Position numbers and translations under genes: made by a program. From the NCBI GenBank assembly GCA_025558095.1, contig JAIVFI010000008.1, forward strand, positions 310,001 to 374,000: DNA of 64,000 nt, given 5' to 3'. The first letter of the stretch is position 1; every line of letters begins with the position of its first letter. Origin of the DNA: Hyaloraphidium curvatum SAG 235-1. Lineage: Eukaryota > Fungi > Monoblepharomycota. Below, piece by piece: positions 33,728-48,665 of this stretch. The notes beneath the pieces are model-generated. The model had not been told where the DNA came from. It worked only from the letters and a program-made list of their open reading frames with translations, and made no database searches.

Positions 33728-34741
33728 TCAAGCATATCCAAAATCGGCCTCGGAACACAGCTCCAAGGGGTCCGCGACCCCGTAGCTCATCATCTCCGCG
33801 AAGCAGGCCTTGCAGTAGACAAACTTCGAGCTGCCCGAAAACTCGGAGCAGTCGTTGCAGACGAAACCGGAGCATATCGGATTCCGGCACCAGGAACCGA
33901 AGGTAAGGGTCGAAGCAAAAACTCCCCGCGATGCGTTTCCGGGTTTCACCATGTCGCCATGCGCTCCGCAAGGCGAGCATCGGGTCCGGCAGTCGGTGCA
34001 TCGGATCAGGCACCTCATGCGATCTCCGGCAAACGATTCCTCGGCACACACGGTCTCGACCAACCCGCAAACGGGGCAAGCATTCTCGCGCGGGTTCGGA
34101 GACTCGTACGAGAGGGACATCCAGCAGCCCGCCCTTCTGCACGTGGCGTAACGTAACACCTCCAGCAAGCGCTCCGCCTGCGTATTGGTGCGAGTGACTC
34201 GATCCAGTACGTTGGATGTCACGGGCAGTTGTGCTCCAAATCCGTCACGATACGATGTCCCGGCAAGGTACAAGGCTTCAAGCGACTCTTTCTGAAGGCA
34301 ATCAAGGACAAAGGAAGCGACCTCGCCCTCGTCCTGAAACACGACCGAGCTGCATCCCCTCAGGCTCAGGATTCGCAGCGTCGAGCAATGCCCGACCAGA
34401 GTCCGCAACGCGGGAAGCGTTATCGACGAGCAATAATCCAGCGCCAGGGTGCCCAGTGACCCGAGGAAACCCGTAGGTAGCTGCGATAGCAGCATCAACG
34501 TGGAGTCATTCACACGATCCAGCTTCAATGGTGCGCGTCTCCGACTCAAGCAAGACCCATGGATCTCGTGGAAATCGAGCTTGGTCCCGATCGCAGTCCA
34601 CAATGTCGCGTCTCCGAGCACCGAGTCCCGCGCCCAGCGCGACGCCGATGCGAAAGTCAACAAGGATGGTAGGCCATCCGGCCCCCCAAGAACATAAACG
34701 AGGATCGCAGACACCAGTTCTGGCACCAGTGAATCAAGCAT
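33728..34741 (-). CDS. F-box/LRR-like protein with Cys-rich C-terminus
   Basis: N-terminal F-box-like LDSLVPELVSAILVYV...SRWARD...LW; LRR units LGTLALDYCSSIT and LRILSLRGC; several CxxC pairs. Confidence 0.7.
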   Translation of the reverse strand: MLDSLVPELVSAILVYVLGGPDGLPSLLTFASASRWARDSVLGDATLWTAIGTKLDFHEIHGSCLSRRRAPLKLDRVNDSTLMLLSQLPTGFLGSLGTLALDYCSSITLPALRTLVGHCSTLRILSLRGCSSVVFQDEGEVASFVLDCLQKESLEALYLAGTSYRDGFGAQLPVTSNVLDRVTRTNTQAERLLEVLRYATCRRAGCWMSLSYESPNPRENACPVCGLVETVCAEESFAGDRMRCLIRCTDCRTRCSPCGAHGDMVKPGNASRGVFASTLTFGSWCRNPICSGFVCNDCSEFSGSSKFVYCKACFAEMMSYGVADPLELCSEADFGYA

Positions 34742-35689
34742 CGTCGCGTTCGGCCCGTATAAGGAGTTGCTCGTCGCCCCCACCCGCCTTCGGGCGACCC
34801 GGTGGCGCGTTCGCGCTTCATCGGTACACGACGCGTTGGGTAGTGTCCTCACAAGCCGAGCGGCCTAAGGGCGTCACGACGACACGTGTGTTTTAAATGT
34901 CACCTTAGATCACCCAGGTCACCCCGCGCCCCAAGAATCAGCTCCTCATCGGAGTTGGGGCGTAGGGGGATTTCTAAGTGTACGGTGGGATTGCTAGCTC
35001 CTCATTACACCCCGCGCGCGCGCCTAACCCGCCTATCAAAAATAATTTTTCTATTTCTGAGACCAATTCTGTTTTCCGAGCTTCCTAAAAGCACCGACGC
35101 CACGACCGCGGCCGTCCTCCGGGCGGCGCATCAGTATGATGCGCCCGTCCTGGAGGTGGCGTTAACGTGGGTCAATGAGGCAAGTCGGCCGTCTATGAGC
35201 TCGAAGAAAGAGAGCTCGTCGAGCCTCTTGCTGGGTGCCACGGGTCCTCAGACCCTCTGTTCACATGGTTGCATGGGGCCGGTGGCAATAGCAGGAAGCA
35301 CATTCATCGTCCTGCGCTTTTCGGCGCTGAGGGAGGCCGGATGAAAGTGTTGGGCGCGGATGAGGTCCCCATTCAATTCGTCCGGCCGTGGGCTGCTCGC
35401 TATGGCCCAACGAGGTTCAGGCCATCTAGAGGAGTATGGATGGACGCTTTAGGAGCTCACGATGTATCCCTCTTCTTATTCGATGTGAAGTTGTGGGACT
35501 GGAACGGTCTCTGATGCCACTCACCTTGCCGATGCCCCATCAATACCCTGCCATCAATGTCCTCCTTGTAGCGAGCTGAAGAATCTAGCACGACGCCGGC
35601 ATACAGGGACTTGTGTACTGGCAGCGCGCTGGGCGGGGTCTGGAAGGTTTCAGAACCACGACACAGATTTGCGGATTGGTCTCGCAACC

Positions 35690-38600
35690 ATGCCGAAGCT
35701 TCTGGAGTTCCAGAAGGGCATGATTCGGGAGCTTCTGGACGCTGTTCCCGATGGCCATGCGGAGGACGACCCGGACGTGTACGACCAGGCGCTGGCGCGC
35801 GCCATGGACGGGCCACAGATGAATCAGGACGGAGAGGCCAAAGGCGACGGCCTCCTCGTCACCGGAAAAGGCCTCGGACTGCAGCGTGTGCTGCTGACGT
35901 TCATTCGGATCTACATGGATCCCCGCTTCCTCGTGCTGCTGATCAACACGCCGGAAAGGGAGGCGGACAGCCTGCGGGAGGCACTCCTGCAGCGGGAAGA
36001 CCTTGTCGCGGAGGCCCAGCGCGGTGAGGAGGAAGGGGACGGACTTGCCATCTCGGTCAAGGAGCTGAAAGTTATCAACAACGAGACGCTGTCCTCGGCG
36101 CGCCGGGATCTCTACCAGCGCGGGGGCGTCCTTGCCATTACCTCGAGGATCCTCATAACGGACATGCTGAACGATCAGATCCCTCTCGAGCTCGTTTCCG
36201 GTATCCTCGTGAACCACGCCCACCGCGTGCACGAAACGTCGACCGAAGCCTTCATTCTCAGGCTTTTCCGGCAGAAGAACAAGGTCGGATTCATAAAGGC
36301 CTTTTCGGACTGCCCGGAGGATTTCGTTCGAGGCATGTGGAAGCTAGAAAAGTCCATGAAGGCCCTGTATTTGCGCCGCGTCTTCCTGCATCCGAGGTTC
36401 GAAGTTCGCATCATGGAGGAACTGGAAAGCAAGGGCGAACCCAAGGTTTACGATATCCGGGTGCCGCTCACGGACACCGTGAAGCAGATCCAGGCGGCCC
36501 TCATCGAATGCGTGGACGCTTGCCTCAAGGAACTTGCCCGGAACAACAGCTGGGTGCGTCAGCGGTCAATTTAATCTTTCCTTTCGGTTTCTCTTATTGT
36601 CACGACGCAGCTCGACGCCGAAGAAATGACGGTCGACAACTTTCTCTTCCGGTCTTTCGACAAGGCGATCAAGCTCCAGCTCGAACCTTTCTGGCACAAG
36701 TTGAGCTCAAAGACGAAGCAGCTCGTCGAAGACGTGAAGACCCTGCGCCGCTTGCTCGATTTCTTGCTGGACTACGACTGCGTTTCGTTCAACCGCCTCC
36801 TGGAGGTCATTCTTACTTCGCAGGCGGTCGCGGCACCTAATCGGGGTGGCGCACCGGAGCCACAGTCGCCGTGGCTGCTGTTGGACGCGGCAAACACCAT
36901 TTTCGCGCTTGCAAAGAAGCGCGTTTACGTGCGTCGCGACCCGAACGACGAGGATGAGGACGAACATGAGCTGGAGATGATGCAAGTTCGGCGGACCTGG
37001 GTTCCCCACGCGGACATGCTTCTGCCGCCTCATGTGGATCCCGTGCTCGAAGTGCAGCCCAAGTGGCAGGCTCTCGCCTCGCTTTTGAAGGACATTGAGA
37101 AGGAGCGCCGGAAGATGGTCGCCAAGGGCTCAAGTCCCGGGCCCGTGCTGATCATGTGCGAAGGGGACAGGACGATGCGCCAGCTGAGGGAATATCTGAG
37201 TGGACCGACTGCGCCAAAGATCGGTACCACGTCTCGCGAGGCATCTCCAGCGGACTCGCACGACAGCGATGAGGCCGTGGAAGTTCTTGGCAGCAGCGAT
37301 GACTCGAGCGAGCATTCGGACAGCGTGGATGAACCCATCAATTTGGACAGCGACGAGGAAGAGCGGCCGAAAAAGAAGCGAAGCAAGCCCAGGCGCAACG
37401 CACGAAAGAGCAAGGCGAAGCGGGGCAAAGATGGGGAAAAAGGCGAAAGGACTCGAACGAAGCTCAAGATCGATGCGGAGGAGGACCGGGCCGGGAAAGC
37501 GATGCTGGGACGGATGCTCGGAAACTACTTTAGCTGGAAAGGGAGCGTGACAACCGTGAGCAGGAACTTGTTTGCGGGCAGCACTGGCACTGCCCAGAAT
37601 TCGGCTGCCGCCGCCGGCGGGGGAAACCCGGCGCCAAATGGAGTTGGGGGAGTTGGGGGAGGACGAGGTGGTGATTCGGGACCGAGCAGAGGAGGCCGGC
37701 CCCCGCCGAACAAGCGGCGCAGAGTCCGCGGAGCTTCAAAGGCCGCTGCCAACACGCACATACCCGTCAGCAACCCAGTTTCTGCGATCGGTGGCGCGAA
37801 CCGTGCGGGCCGGCCCAACGCTTTGCCGTTGACTTTTGAAGAAGAGGCTGCCGAGGTGGCTCGATTGTGAGTGGGTTCGATCGCTGTTCTGGTCGTTCTC
37901 ACCTGCCGTTTTGGTAGCCTCGACGCGCAGAACGGAATACCCGGCGAGAACGGCGAGGGCGAGAATGATCGAGCCGACAGAGATGCGGCGCAGGACGTGG
38001 CCGACCTGCTCGATGCAATGAAGGGGAACGAAGCCGCCCCGCTCGTGGTGGCCGAGAACGACATTGGCGTCCTGTCGACGTCCGCTATGGTCGTCATTCG
38101 CCCCTACGGTTCCAGCAGCGCAAGTGCCATTTCCTCCGCGGAAACAGCCGGGGACGAGGACTCGCGAATCTTGGAGGACTTGAAGCCGCAGTGGATCGTG
38201 CTGTACGATCCCGACCTCGCCTTCGTTAGGCGCATCGAACTGTATAAGGCTGCGAACGAGGAAGTCAAGGACCTGAAGGTTTATTTCATGGTCTACGAGG
38301 ACTCTGTCGAGGAGCAGAGGTATCTGAGCATGGTGCGGCGCGAGAAGGACTCTTTCGAGAAGCTCATCCGAGAGAAGAGCAACATGGCGATCCCGATCGA
38401 CCAGGACGGGAGGGTCGTCGCCGAGCAGGCCGAGTTCCTGCGGGACCTTTCTACCCGCGTCGCCGGTGGCGGTCGCACCAGCCTGCATGCGAACCGGCCG
38501 CCGCTCATCATCGTGGACGTGCGCGAGCTGCGATCGTCTCTCCCGGCCATGCTGCACGCCAAAGGCATCGAGCTCGTCGTCAAAACGCTGGAAGTGGGCG

Positions 38601-39234
38601 ACTACGTGCTCAGCACTTCGATCTGCGTGGAGCGCAAGAGCGTTTCGGATCTCGTGCAGAGCTTCCGTTCGGGTCGGCTGTACACTCAGGTGGAGGCCAT
38701 GAGCACGCATTATCGGATGCCGGTACTGCTGATCGAGTTCGACATGAACAAGGCCTTCTCGCTGCAGGTACGTTGCGCTTGGAACCGGTTAGTCGATAGG
38801 AGTTGATCCGTGCGCCGATTCAGACCGTCAACGAAGTTAGGACCGAGATCAACTTCAACGACATCCAGTCCAAGCTTGTGCTCTTGCTGCTCGCCTTCCC
38901 CACGCTTCGGATCCTGTGGTCATCGTCCCCGCATGCAACCGCCGACATGTTTGAGGACCTCAAGCGGCAGCAGGAGGAGCCGGATCCCGACAAGGCGCAG
39001 GCGATCGGCGTGGAAAATCTGGACAGCGCCCAGTCGATGTACGCACCGACACCGCAGGAACTCCTCCGATCCCTGCCCGGCATCAATCAGAGGAACGCGA
39101 GGCACGTCATGAACCACGTGGAGAGCATCTACGAGCTGAGCAAGCTGACGCAGGATGAGCTGGCTCCTTTAGTCGGACCGGAGAATGCTAGGCTGCTGCA
39201 CGTGTTTCTCCACACCAATGTTCAGAAAGCGTGA
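35690..39234 (+). CDS. ERCC4: DNA repair endonuclease XPF (Rad1/Rad16/ERCC4)
   Basis: Helicase-like N-terminus (GKGLGL, TSRILITDML, GFIKAFSD), ERCC4 nuclease motif GDYVLS...ERKSVSDL, C-terminal HhH LRSLPGI; three introns. Confidence 0.95.
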
Positions 39235-39280
39235 ATTGCATACGGCTACAAATTTGATCGCCGAATTGTCTATCGCGTAT

Positions 39281-42052
<2,772 letters not shown>

Positions 42053-42811
42053 GAAAATGCCGGCTCACAGAGCCTCAATCCCAGGCCGTGTTCCCCTGTC
42101 CGGCAGGCGGAGCCGCTACCGGCCGTTCGAAGCTTGGCGGTCCCGACGGCCGCCGACGTCCACAGGAGCCCAAACACTCCGATGCGAGTGCAGAAGTCTC
42201 CTAAACGCTCAGCACATCGATGGCCGCGCGTCCGCTCCCGATGCCGGCCTGCTGTGCGTGCGGGTCGTTCTGTTTACGATCGAGCGTCGACCACTCGACA
42301 GGGGTCTCGGCCGTCTCCAGCGTCCGTCCAGCGGCCGCGCAGGGCGAGTTTGCTTCCCTCCGAATGCTCCCGCAATATCTCCGGGTGGCCGCGGCCTAAA
42401 CCGTGGGCGCGGGAACTTCCGAATTGGGCAGCTGTTCCGGCCGTGTTGGGGGTTCCTCCGCGACCCACGTTCACATCCATCGGCCAGCGGACCCTTCCCA
42501 CTTCAGACACCGATCGCGAGGACGACTTCAATCGAAGTATGCAGTGCTATTCTATGCGGATCGATCGGCGAGCTGAAGGTCCGCACACAACGGCAAAGGA
42601 AGAGAACAAGTCTGTTGGCCGATCGGAAAGCCACGTTCCGTTCTGTGCTCGAAGTCATTGCCTGTCCCTTCAGCATTTACAGTTCATCCTAAAGTGGGCT
42701 CGAAGCGGGTTAGATCCTGGATCTATGTTGTCGTGCGCGACGGGAGGGTGGCCACCAGTCTCGGCAAGTCCGTCTTCCCGCGTACCTCCTCCCTGCCCAG
42801 CTCGCACCACC

Positions 42812-44515
42812 ATGAGCGTCCCGCGCGTGACGTTCTCCTACTCGGACCGCATCTCGTTCCGCGAGGACCTCGGCGGCCGCCTCGGAGACCCGGAACTGCG
42901 CGACGGCGACGCCGAGCTCCGCGACTCTTCGCTGGTCCTGGCCGAATGGATATCCCGCGCCCGCCGGATCATGTTCTTCTCCGGGGCCGGGCTATCGACG
43001 GCCTGCGGGATCCCGGACTTCCGCGGGCCGGACGGCGTGTGGACCGTGCGGGCGAAGGACGCCGCGAAGCGCAAGGGGGCCAAGGGCAAGAAGGGCGGGC
43101 CAAGTGCCCCGGAACCGGCGCCGAAGAGGCAGAAAACGGACCAAGGGGCACGCGATGCAGCGACGGACGGGATGCCCGAGACGCTGCCTCTGCCGTTCGT
43201 GCGGCCGTCCTTCACGCACCAGTTCATCGCCTACTTCGTGGACCACGAGGTCGCCGGCTCCCGGAAGGAGATCCACGTCACGTCGCAGAACGTGGACGGC
43301 ATCCATTTCCGCTCGGGCGTGCCGCGCGACCGCCTCTCGGAGCTGCACGGGAGCGTGTTTGTCGAGTACTGCCCCAAGTGCAAGCGCGAGTACAACCGCG
43401 ATTTTGAGCTCGAGACGGTCGGGAGGTCCACCACGGGCCGCAGCTGCGAGCAGGAAGGGTGCCGGGGCCGGCTGCGGGACAGCGTGCTCGACTGGGAGCA
43501 GACGCTGCCGGACGAGGAGGTGAACAAGAGCATCGACTTTGCCCGGGAGGCGGACCTGGTCGTGTGCCTCGGGACGAGCCTGCGGATCGTGCCTGCGGCG
43601 GACATTCCGTTCTCCATGAAGATGGTGGCGAAGCCCAAGAAGCGCTCGCAGGGCTTCGGCGGCGAGGCTGCGCTCAACGGAGACGCTGAACCCGAGGCCA
43701 AGGCCGATCCTGACCTCGAGCACAATGGCGAACGGGAAGCAGATACAGATGCAGACGCTGCGAAGGACGCTCCGGATGCATTGAAGGACGACGGATCGGA
43801 GGGACGCGAGGATGGCGTCGCAAAGCTGGAGACCGGCGTGAAGGCCGAGGAGGTCGCCGGGGAAACCGCCGGAGCAGGCGCCGACGCCACCGACGCTGAG
43901 CTCCCGATGGGCAAGGTCGCCATCATCAACCTCCAGGAGACGCCCAAGGACAAGTTTGCTGACCTGCGCATCTTTGGCGAGTGCGACCGCGTCTTCCGGA
44001 TCGTTGCCGACGCGCTCTCTGTGCGCGTGCCCGACTACGTCCGCCGCGACGCGTGGGCGGTCGAGGTCTCGTGGAGGGCGGTGCGGAGGAAGGACGGGGC
44101 GTTCGACCACCTCGTTGATTTCGGGCTCGCAAGCGGGCACGGGAAGCACGTCCCGGCGCCGTCGATCGATGCGGTCGAGGTCACCTTGACGGTCGCCGGC
44201 GGAGAGGGCGAAGAGAAGGGCGGGCGGACGGCGTCCGTCAGGGCTGGAGGCGCGCCATTTACGGGCACCGTCTTCCTGAAGCAGCTCCCGGACGCCGAGC
44301 TGCCCTCGATCGCGTTCGCGGCCCGGCTCGTCGACGGTGCCGCGGATCCTGGCCGCAACAGGTGGCGGCTGGGGATCGACGGCACCAGAATGCGGGTCGA
44401 AAACGGGGTGGATGTCGTGCTGAAGGACGTGAAGACGTCGGCTGCGGAGGGCTCGGCGGAGAGGCACTGGGCCGCGACGGTCGAGGCGGTGACGCAGATC
44501 AGGTCCTTCTACTGA
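42812..44515 (+). CDS. class IV sirtuin (SIRT6/SIRT7/SRT1-like NAD-dependent deacylase)
   Basis: GAGLSTACGIPDFRGPDGVWT, SQNVDGIH, ELHG, two Cys pairs, LRDSVLDWE, LGTSLRI, INLQ. Confidence 0.92.
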   Translation: MSVPRVTFSYSDRISFREDLGGRLGDPELRDGDAELRDSSLVLAEWISRARRIMFFSGAGLSTACGIPDFRGPDGVWTVRAKDAAKRKGAKGKKGGPSAPEPAPKRQKTDQGARDAATDGMPETLPLPFVRPSFTHQFIAYFVDHEVAGSRKEIHVTSQNVDGIHFRSGVPRDRLSELHGSVFVEYCPKCKREYNRDFELETVGRSTTGRSCEQEGCRGRLRDSVLDWEQTLPDEEVNKSIDFAREADLVVCLGTSLRIVPAADIPFSMKMVAKPKKRSQGFGGEAALNGDAEPEAKADPDLEHNGEREADTDADAAKDAPDALKDDGSEGREDGVAKLETGVKAEEVAGETAGAGADATDAELPMGKVAIINLQETPKDKFADLRIFGECDRVFRIVADALSVRVPDYVRRDAWAVEVSWRAVRRKDGAFDHLVDFGLASGHGKHVPAPSIDAVEVTLTVAGGEGEEKGGRTASVRAGGAPFTGTVFLKQLPDAELPSIAFAARLVDGAADPGRNRWRLGIDGTRMRVENGVDVVLKDVKTSAAEGSAERHWAATVEAVTQIRSFY

Positions 44516-44520
44516 AGAAA

Positions 44521-45388
44521 TCACGACCCGCCCGCCTTCTTCCTGAACCTGGCGACGAATTTCGGATCCCACAGCGCCGACGCCACGCCCAGGTCCTTGC
44601 AGCACCGCACCAGCGCCGCGTACTCGAGCGCCGCGTTGACCGCCGGGTCGTTGGCCGGGTTCGCCGGGAACGTGCCCCCCGGCGGCGAATAGTCCCCCCT
44701 GGCCTCCGAGACGAACTGGTTGCGCGCCATGAGCGCGTACGGCCGCGAAATGGTCCGGCCCGAGAGGGTCAGCGGGCCGCGGGGGACGAGGTGCCAGCCC
44801 GCGAAGCCAAAGGCGTCGTCCAGAATGTCCTGGTACCTGGACCGCTTCAGGTAAACCCATCCCGTCTCTGCGACGAACGCAAGGAGTATCAGGAGATCCG
44901 TCGCAAGTGATGTCAGGACGCCGGAACCCACCGGGTCGCACCTCCAGGTCCTCCTCGCCGATCTCGACGGCCAGCTTCGCCGCCACGTCCTCCGGGAACG
45001 GCCCCGCCGACACGGTCGCGTACAGCGCCTTCCAGTCCTCCGAGACCTGCATCGATTCGTCCGCGAACGGGCTGCGCATGCCCTCTGTCGGCCGGTTCAT
45101 GAGGTGCGCCAGCGCGAGGCCGCGGTACGCCGAGCGGTCGCGGGCAAACACGCCGGGCGGCAGATCGCGGGGGGCGTCCTGCGGCGCGGGCTTCTTTACG
45201 GGGGCCGGAGGCGCCGGCGCGGGTGTTTTTGGGGGCGAACGCGCGTCCGACGGCCGCGGCGGCCTCGGCGGCGCGGGCCACGAGCCGCCCACGGCGCGGG
45301 CGCGGCGGCGCGCTGAGACGAGGCAGACGCTGCAGAGCGGCGCAGGACGCGCGTCGGCGGCGCGCACAACGCCGCACACGCGCTGCAT
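44521..45388 (-). CDS. hypothetical protein
   Basis: Two coding-like ORF segments joinable by an intron at about 44868-44941; N-terminal Cys cluster LCSVC and a Pro-rich linker. Confidence 0.5.
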
Positions 45389-45981
45389 CGCGATGCGGGA
45401 CGTGGGGTGCCGACTTGGAATCGGGCTCTACACAACCTTCACACGATCGGTTCCACACAAGGCCGAGCACAGAGATACGAAGGTAGGTTGCTCTTTGGTG
45501 CACTGCAGGATGCTCCAAGCAGCGCATTACACGTGTATCGGGTGTAACGCCGCTTGCCATCGCGCTCCTTCTGTGCCTTGCGGTGCCCCTGCTCGCGAGC
45601 CGAGAAAGGACACCGATCGGGACTTCCGTGGCGACACAGCGCATCTCATGCCCAAGGTGGAACAAACGTGACAGGTTGCTGCCTTTAGAGGGCGATCCGA
45701 GACGGTGCAGGCGCAACTCTGGGCTTCCGACTCCGACCCGCCCGATCGGCCCCGTTGAAGGACGAAACCTGGATTGCGGGACCCAATTTCCCACAGAGGC
45801 AGTAAAGTGCCTCTCTTTGCGTCTTTTCCGGTGCACATCAGGCTCTCGCCAGCTGTTCCAGCTTACGCGAGTTCGCTGTTTGGGGCGGCCGTCCGTCTGT
45901 TTGCCAGCAACACGTCCCCCACCTGTCAAACCGGCCCCGCGCCTTCAGGGCGGCCGATGCGCATCGCGCCGCCGGCGCCCC

Positions 45982-48213
45982 ATGCCCGCGTCTGAGGCGC
46001 CCGCGTCCGCCGGGAGCGCATCGCCGGCCGGGCCGCCCGGGTTCGGCAGGACGGCCGCGCTGCTCTGCGGGCTGCACTCGCTGCAGGAGCGCACGCTGCA
46101 CGCCGTCGACGCGGCGCTCGGCACGTCGCCGCCCGTCGGCCGCACGGCACATCGGCCGGGAGCGGCGCACCGGGGGAGGCTGCCCGCCGAGGATCGGGCG
46201 TCCGCCGGCCACCGCTCGCCGCCCGGCCCCGCGTGGCGCTCGCCGCCGTCGCCCGACTCGCCGATCGGCCGTTCGGCGGTCGCTGAGATGGACGCCGCCG
46301 CCAGGAAATTCATCGAGGCCACGCGGCCGGCGGGCCTGTCGCGCACCGTGCCGTCGGACCCGGACTTCCGCACGCGCGACCGCCCCAGCCCGCGGACGCC
46401 CCCGCGCCGCGACGGGGAGGGCTCGCCCGCTTGGCTCGAGTCGGTGTCGCCGCTGCTGACCTCCGAGGTCGAGAAGCTGGAGCGCAGCTACCAGCAGAAG
46501 AGGTCGGCGCGGAGCACGCCCGCCTCGCGCCGATCGGACCGTGCGCGCGAGCCCGAGCCGAGGCCGACCCTCTTCGGCCTCGATGAGCTCGATCTTGAGC
46601 GCGTGCTCGATGCCGAGGAGGAGGACAACCTGGGCCTGACCTCGGAGCCCGTCGCCCGGCGGTTGTTTGGGCGGCTTCCCGAGCGCACCATGCCGCCGGC
46701 CGCCGCCGGCCCCGGTTCCAGGACTTCTGCCAGGGGCCCGCTCCAGCGAGCGGAGCTCTCCGGCCTGGATGTCACGGACATGTTCCGCGACGCCCTGCCT
46801 CGCGGAAGCACGCACTCGGCGTCGCGGCAGCGGAGCTCGCTCGCCGATCGCTTCAGCGTCCGCCGCCAATCCATACCCGCATCCCCTGAACCCCCTGCCA
46901 ACCCGCTCGAAAAGGAGCCCTCGGCCCCGACCGCCGACGAGCTCTTTGGCGGCGACGCCCCCGCCCCCTCCTTCCGCGGCGCCCCGCGCTCCGAGCCCGG
47001 CGCCAAGCTGGCCGAGCGCGAGATCGCCGCCGGGCTGTCCAAGCTGGACGACCTGGAGGCCAAGTTCCGCGAGCAGACCGCGCGGATCGGCACGCGGTCC
47101 GCCCCAACGACCCCAGCCAAGCCTGCACCGCGCGCGCCAGCGACGCCGGCGAGAGCCGCTCCTCCCGCTGTGCCCGCGCCCGCACCGCGCTCTGCACCCC
47201 CGCCGCAGCGCACGCGTATGAGCGGCTTTTCGCTGCCCTCGGTCGCATCGAAGGAGGAGATCGAGGACGCCATCCAGCGGCTGGAGGAGCTCGAGGTCGT
47301 GATCAAAGGCCGCTCCTCCGCCACGCGCAGGCCCGAGCGCGGCGATCGCAGCCTGCTTTCCGAGGTCGAGACGGCGACCAAGCGGCTTGACGAGCTCGAG
47401 CAGGTGTTTTGGAACGAGGTCGTCGGCGGCGAGTTTGCCCTGCCCGGCGCGCGCGAAGCCGAGGCGCCGAGGACCCCGCGTTCTTCGCTGGGGGCGGGAG
47501 GGCGGGCGCCGCGGACGCCCGAGATCGTGGTGGACGATGCGGACGCGGGCAACGACAGCGGCTTCGTGGGGGGCGCGACGCCGTCGCCGAGCCGCTTCGG
47601 GAGCGCTGCGCCCAGCCCGAGGCGCACGCTGCTCCCCGAGCGCGGCGCACCCGGATCGCCCGCCGGGCTGGGCCTCCTCCCCAAGCCGCGCCCCGGCGCG
47701 CCTCCTGCCCCCGCGCGCGACACCGCCTCCCCGAGCTACCCGGGATCCTCCAACGAGGCCCTGGCCGGCTCCGCCGCCTCCGTCTCTGTCGCGGTATCCC
47801 CCTCGGAGCAGGACCCGCTGTCGTCCATCGTCGAGACCGCCCGGGCCCTGAACCCCCTCGTGGCCTCCTCGACCCAGCTCGCCTACTCTGCCGCCTCCTC
47901 CCCTGCGGCCCGCACCGCGGACGACGGCACCTCCGAGGTGCTCCTCGCCCTCGCCAAGGTCGGCGAATCGGTGCAGGTCGGCCTGGCCGCGATCCAGCGG
48001 TACGCGCGCGCCGAGGCGTCCCTCAAGGCCGGGAACGCCCCGGCGACGGCGCGCAGCACCCCTTCGGCAACGCCTCCGCGTTCCTTTGCCGACTACGAGG
48101 TTCCCTCCCCGCGGCCGTCGGCGGGGAGCACCAGGGACGTGTTCAGGTTCAGGCACCACCACGACGGCGTGCCGTGCTACGGCGGCCGGTCGTGCGAGTG
48201 GAACAGGGAGTGA
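45982..48213 (+). CDS. hypothetical Pro/Ser/Arg-rich protein with short repeated coiled-coil motifs
   Basis: Intronless, about 743 aa; recurring KLDDLE / RLEELE / RLDELE helices. Confidence 0.7.
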   Translation: MPASEAPASAGSASPAGPPGFGRTAALLCGLHSLQERTLHAVDAALGTSPPVGRTAHRPGAAHRGRLPAEDRASAGHRSPPGPAWRSPPSPDSPIGRSAVAEMDAAARKFIEATRPAGLSRTVPSDPDFRTRDRPSPRTPPRRDGEGSPAWLESVSPLLTSEVEKLERSYQQKRSARSTPASRRSDRAREPEPRPTLFGLDELDLERVLDAEEEDNLGLTSEPVARRLFGRLPERTMPPAAAGPGSRTSARGPLQRAELSGLDVTDMFRDALPRGSTHSASRQRSSLADRFSVRRQSIPASPEPPANPLEKEPSAPTADELFGGDAPAPSFRGAPRSEPGAKLAEREIAAGLSKLDDLEAKFREQTARIGTRSAPTTPAKPAPRAPATPARAAPPAVPAPAPRSAPPPQRTRMSGFSLPSVASKEEIEDAIQRLEELEVVIKGRSSATRRPERGDRSLLSEVETATKRLDELEQVFWNEVVGGEFALPGAREAEAPRTPRSSLGAGGRAPRTPEIVVDDADAGNDSGFVGGATPSPSRFGSAAPSPRRTLLPERGAPGSPAGLGLLPKPRPGAPPAPARDTASPSYPGSSNEALAGSAASVSVAVSPSEQDPLSSIVETARALNPLVASSTQLAYSAASSPAARTADDGTSEVLLALAKVGESVQVGLAAIQRYARAEASLKAGNAPATARSTPSATPPRSFADYEVPSPRPSAGSTRDVFRFRHHHDGVPCYGGRSCEWNRE

Positions 48214-48665
48214 TCCGCGGGGGCCGCTCTTGGGAAGCATCTTGGCGCCCGAAGCACGAGTGTACGAAACAAATCCTATACCGTCGATAGTAGTGATCAG
48301 TGTAAAGACTCTTTTGGATCTATTTAATTGATGCTGTTCCGATGCGAACTACTTGGGGTTGGACTGGATGGTCTGGAGCGCCACGTCAGCGGGAAGCCAT
48401 CACAATTCCACACATGCTCGCCGGCCGGCTCGCCCTCACCACCTCGCTCAAGCTCGCAACCCCCTTCGCACGTGAGGGCCAATCGCGCGGCCAATGCAGG
48501 CGCCCTGCCTGACGCGTGCGCCCTTCACGCCGCGGCTCCTTCCTGTCCGATGTCATTTCTCTCCCGCACCCTCACCGGTCCGAACCCACTCCTTGACGCC
48601 GTATCACCCTCGGCACATTCGTATCGGGACGACGCCGCGCCCCTCAAGTCACCGCAACCCGCAAG

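Noticed and set aside
35690-39234. XPF as a partner of the element's repair-like domains
   Set aside because: Ordinary conserved host gene 13 kb outside the element; proximity alone is no evidence.
42992-48240. Very long antisense or alternative-frame ORFs (42992-45388, 45838-48240; similarly 18833-20551)
   Set aside because: Shadow ORFs expected from high GC3 opposite real genes; Arg/Gly/Ala-rich with no motifs. Only the first part of 42992-45388 is used in a gene model.
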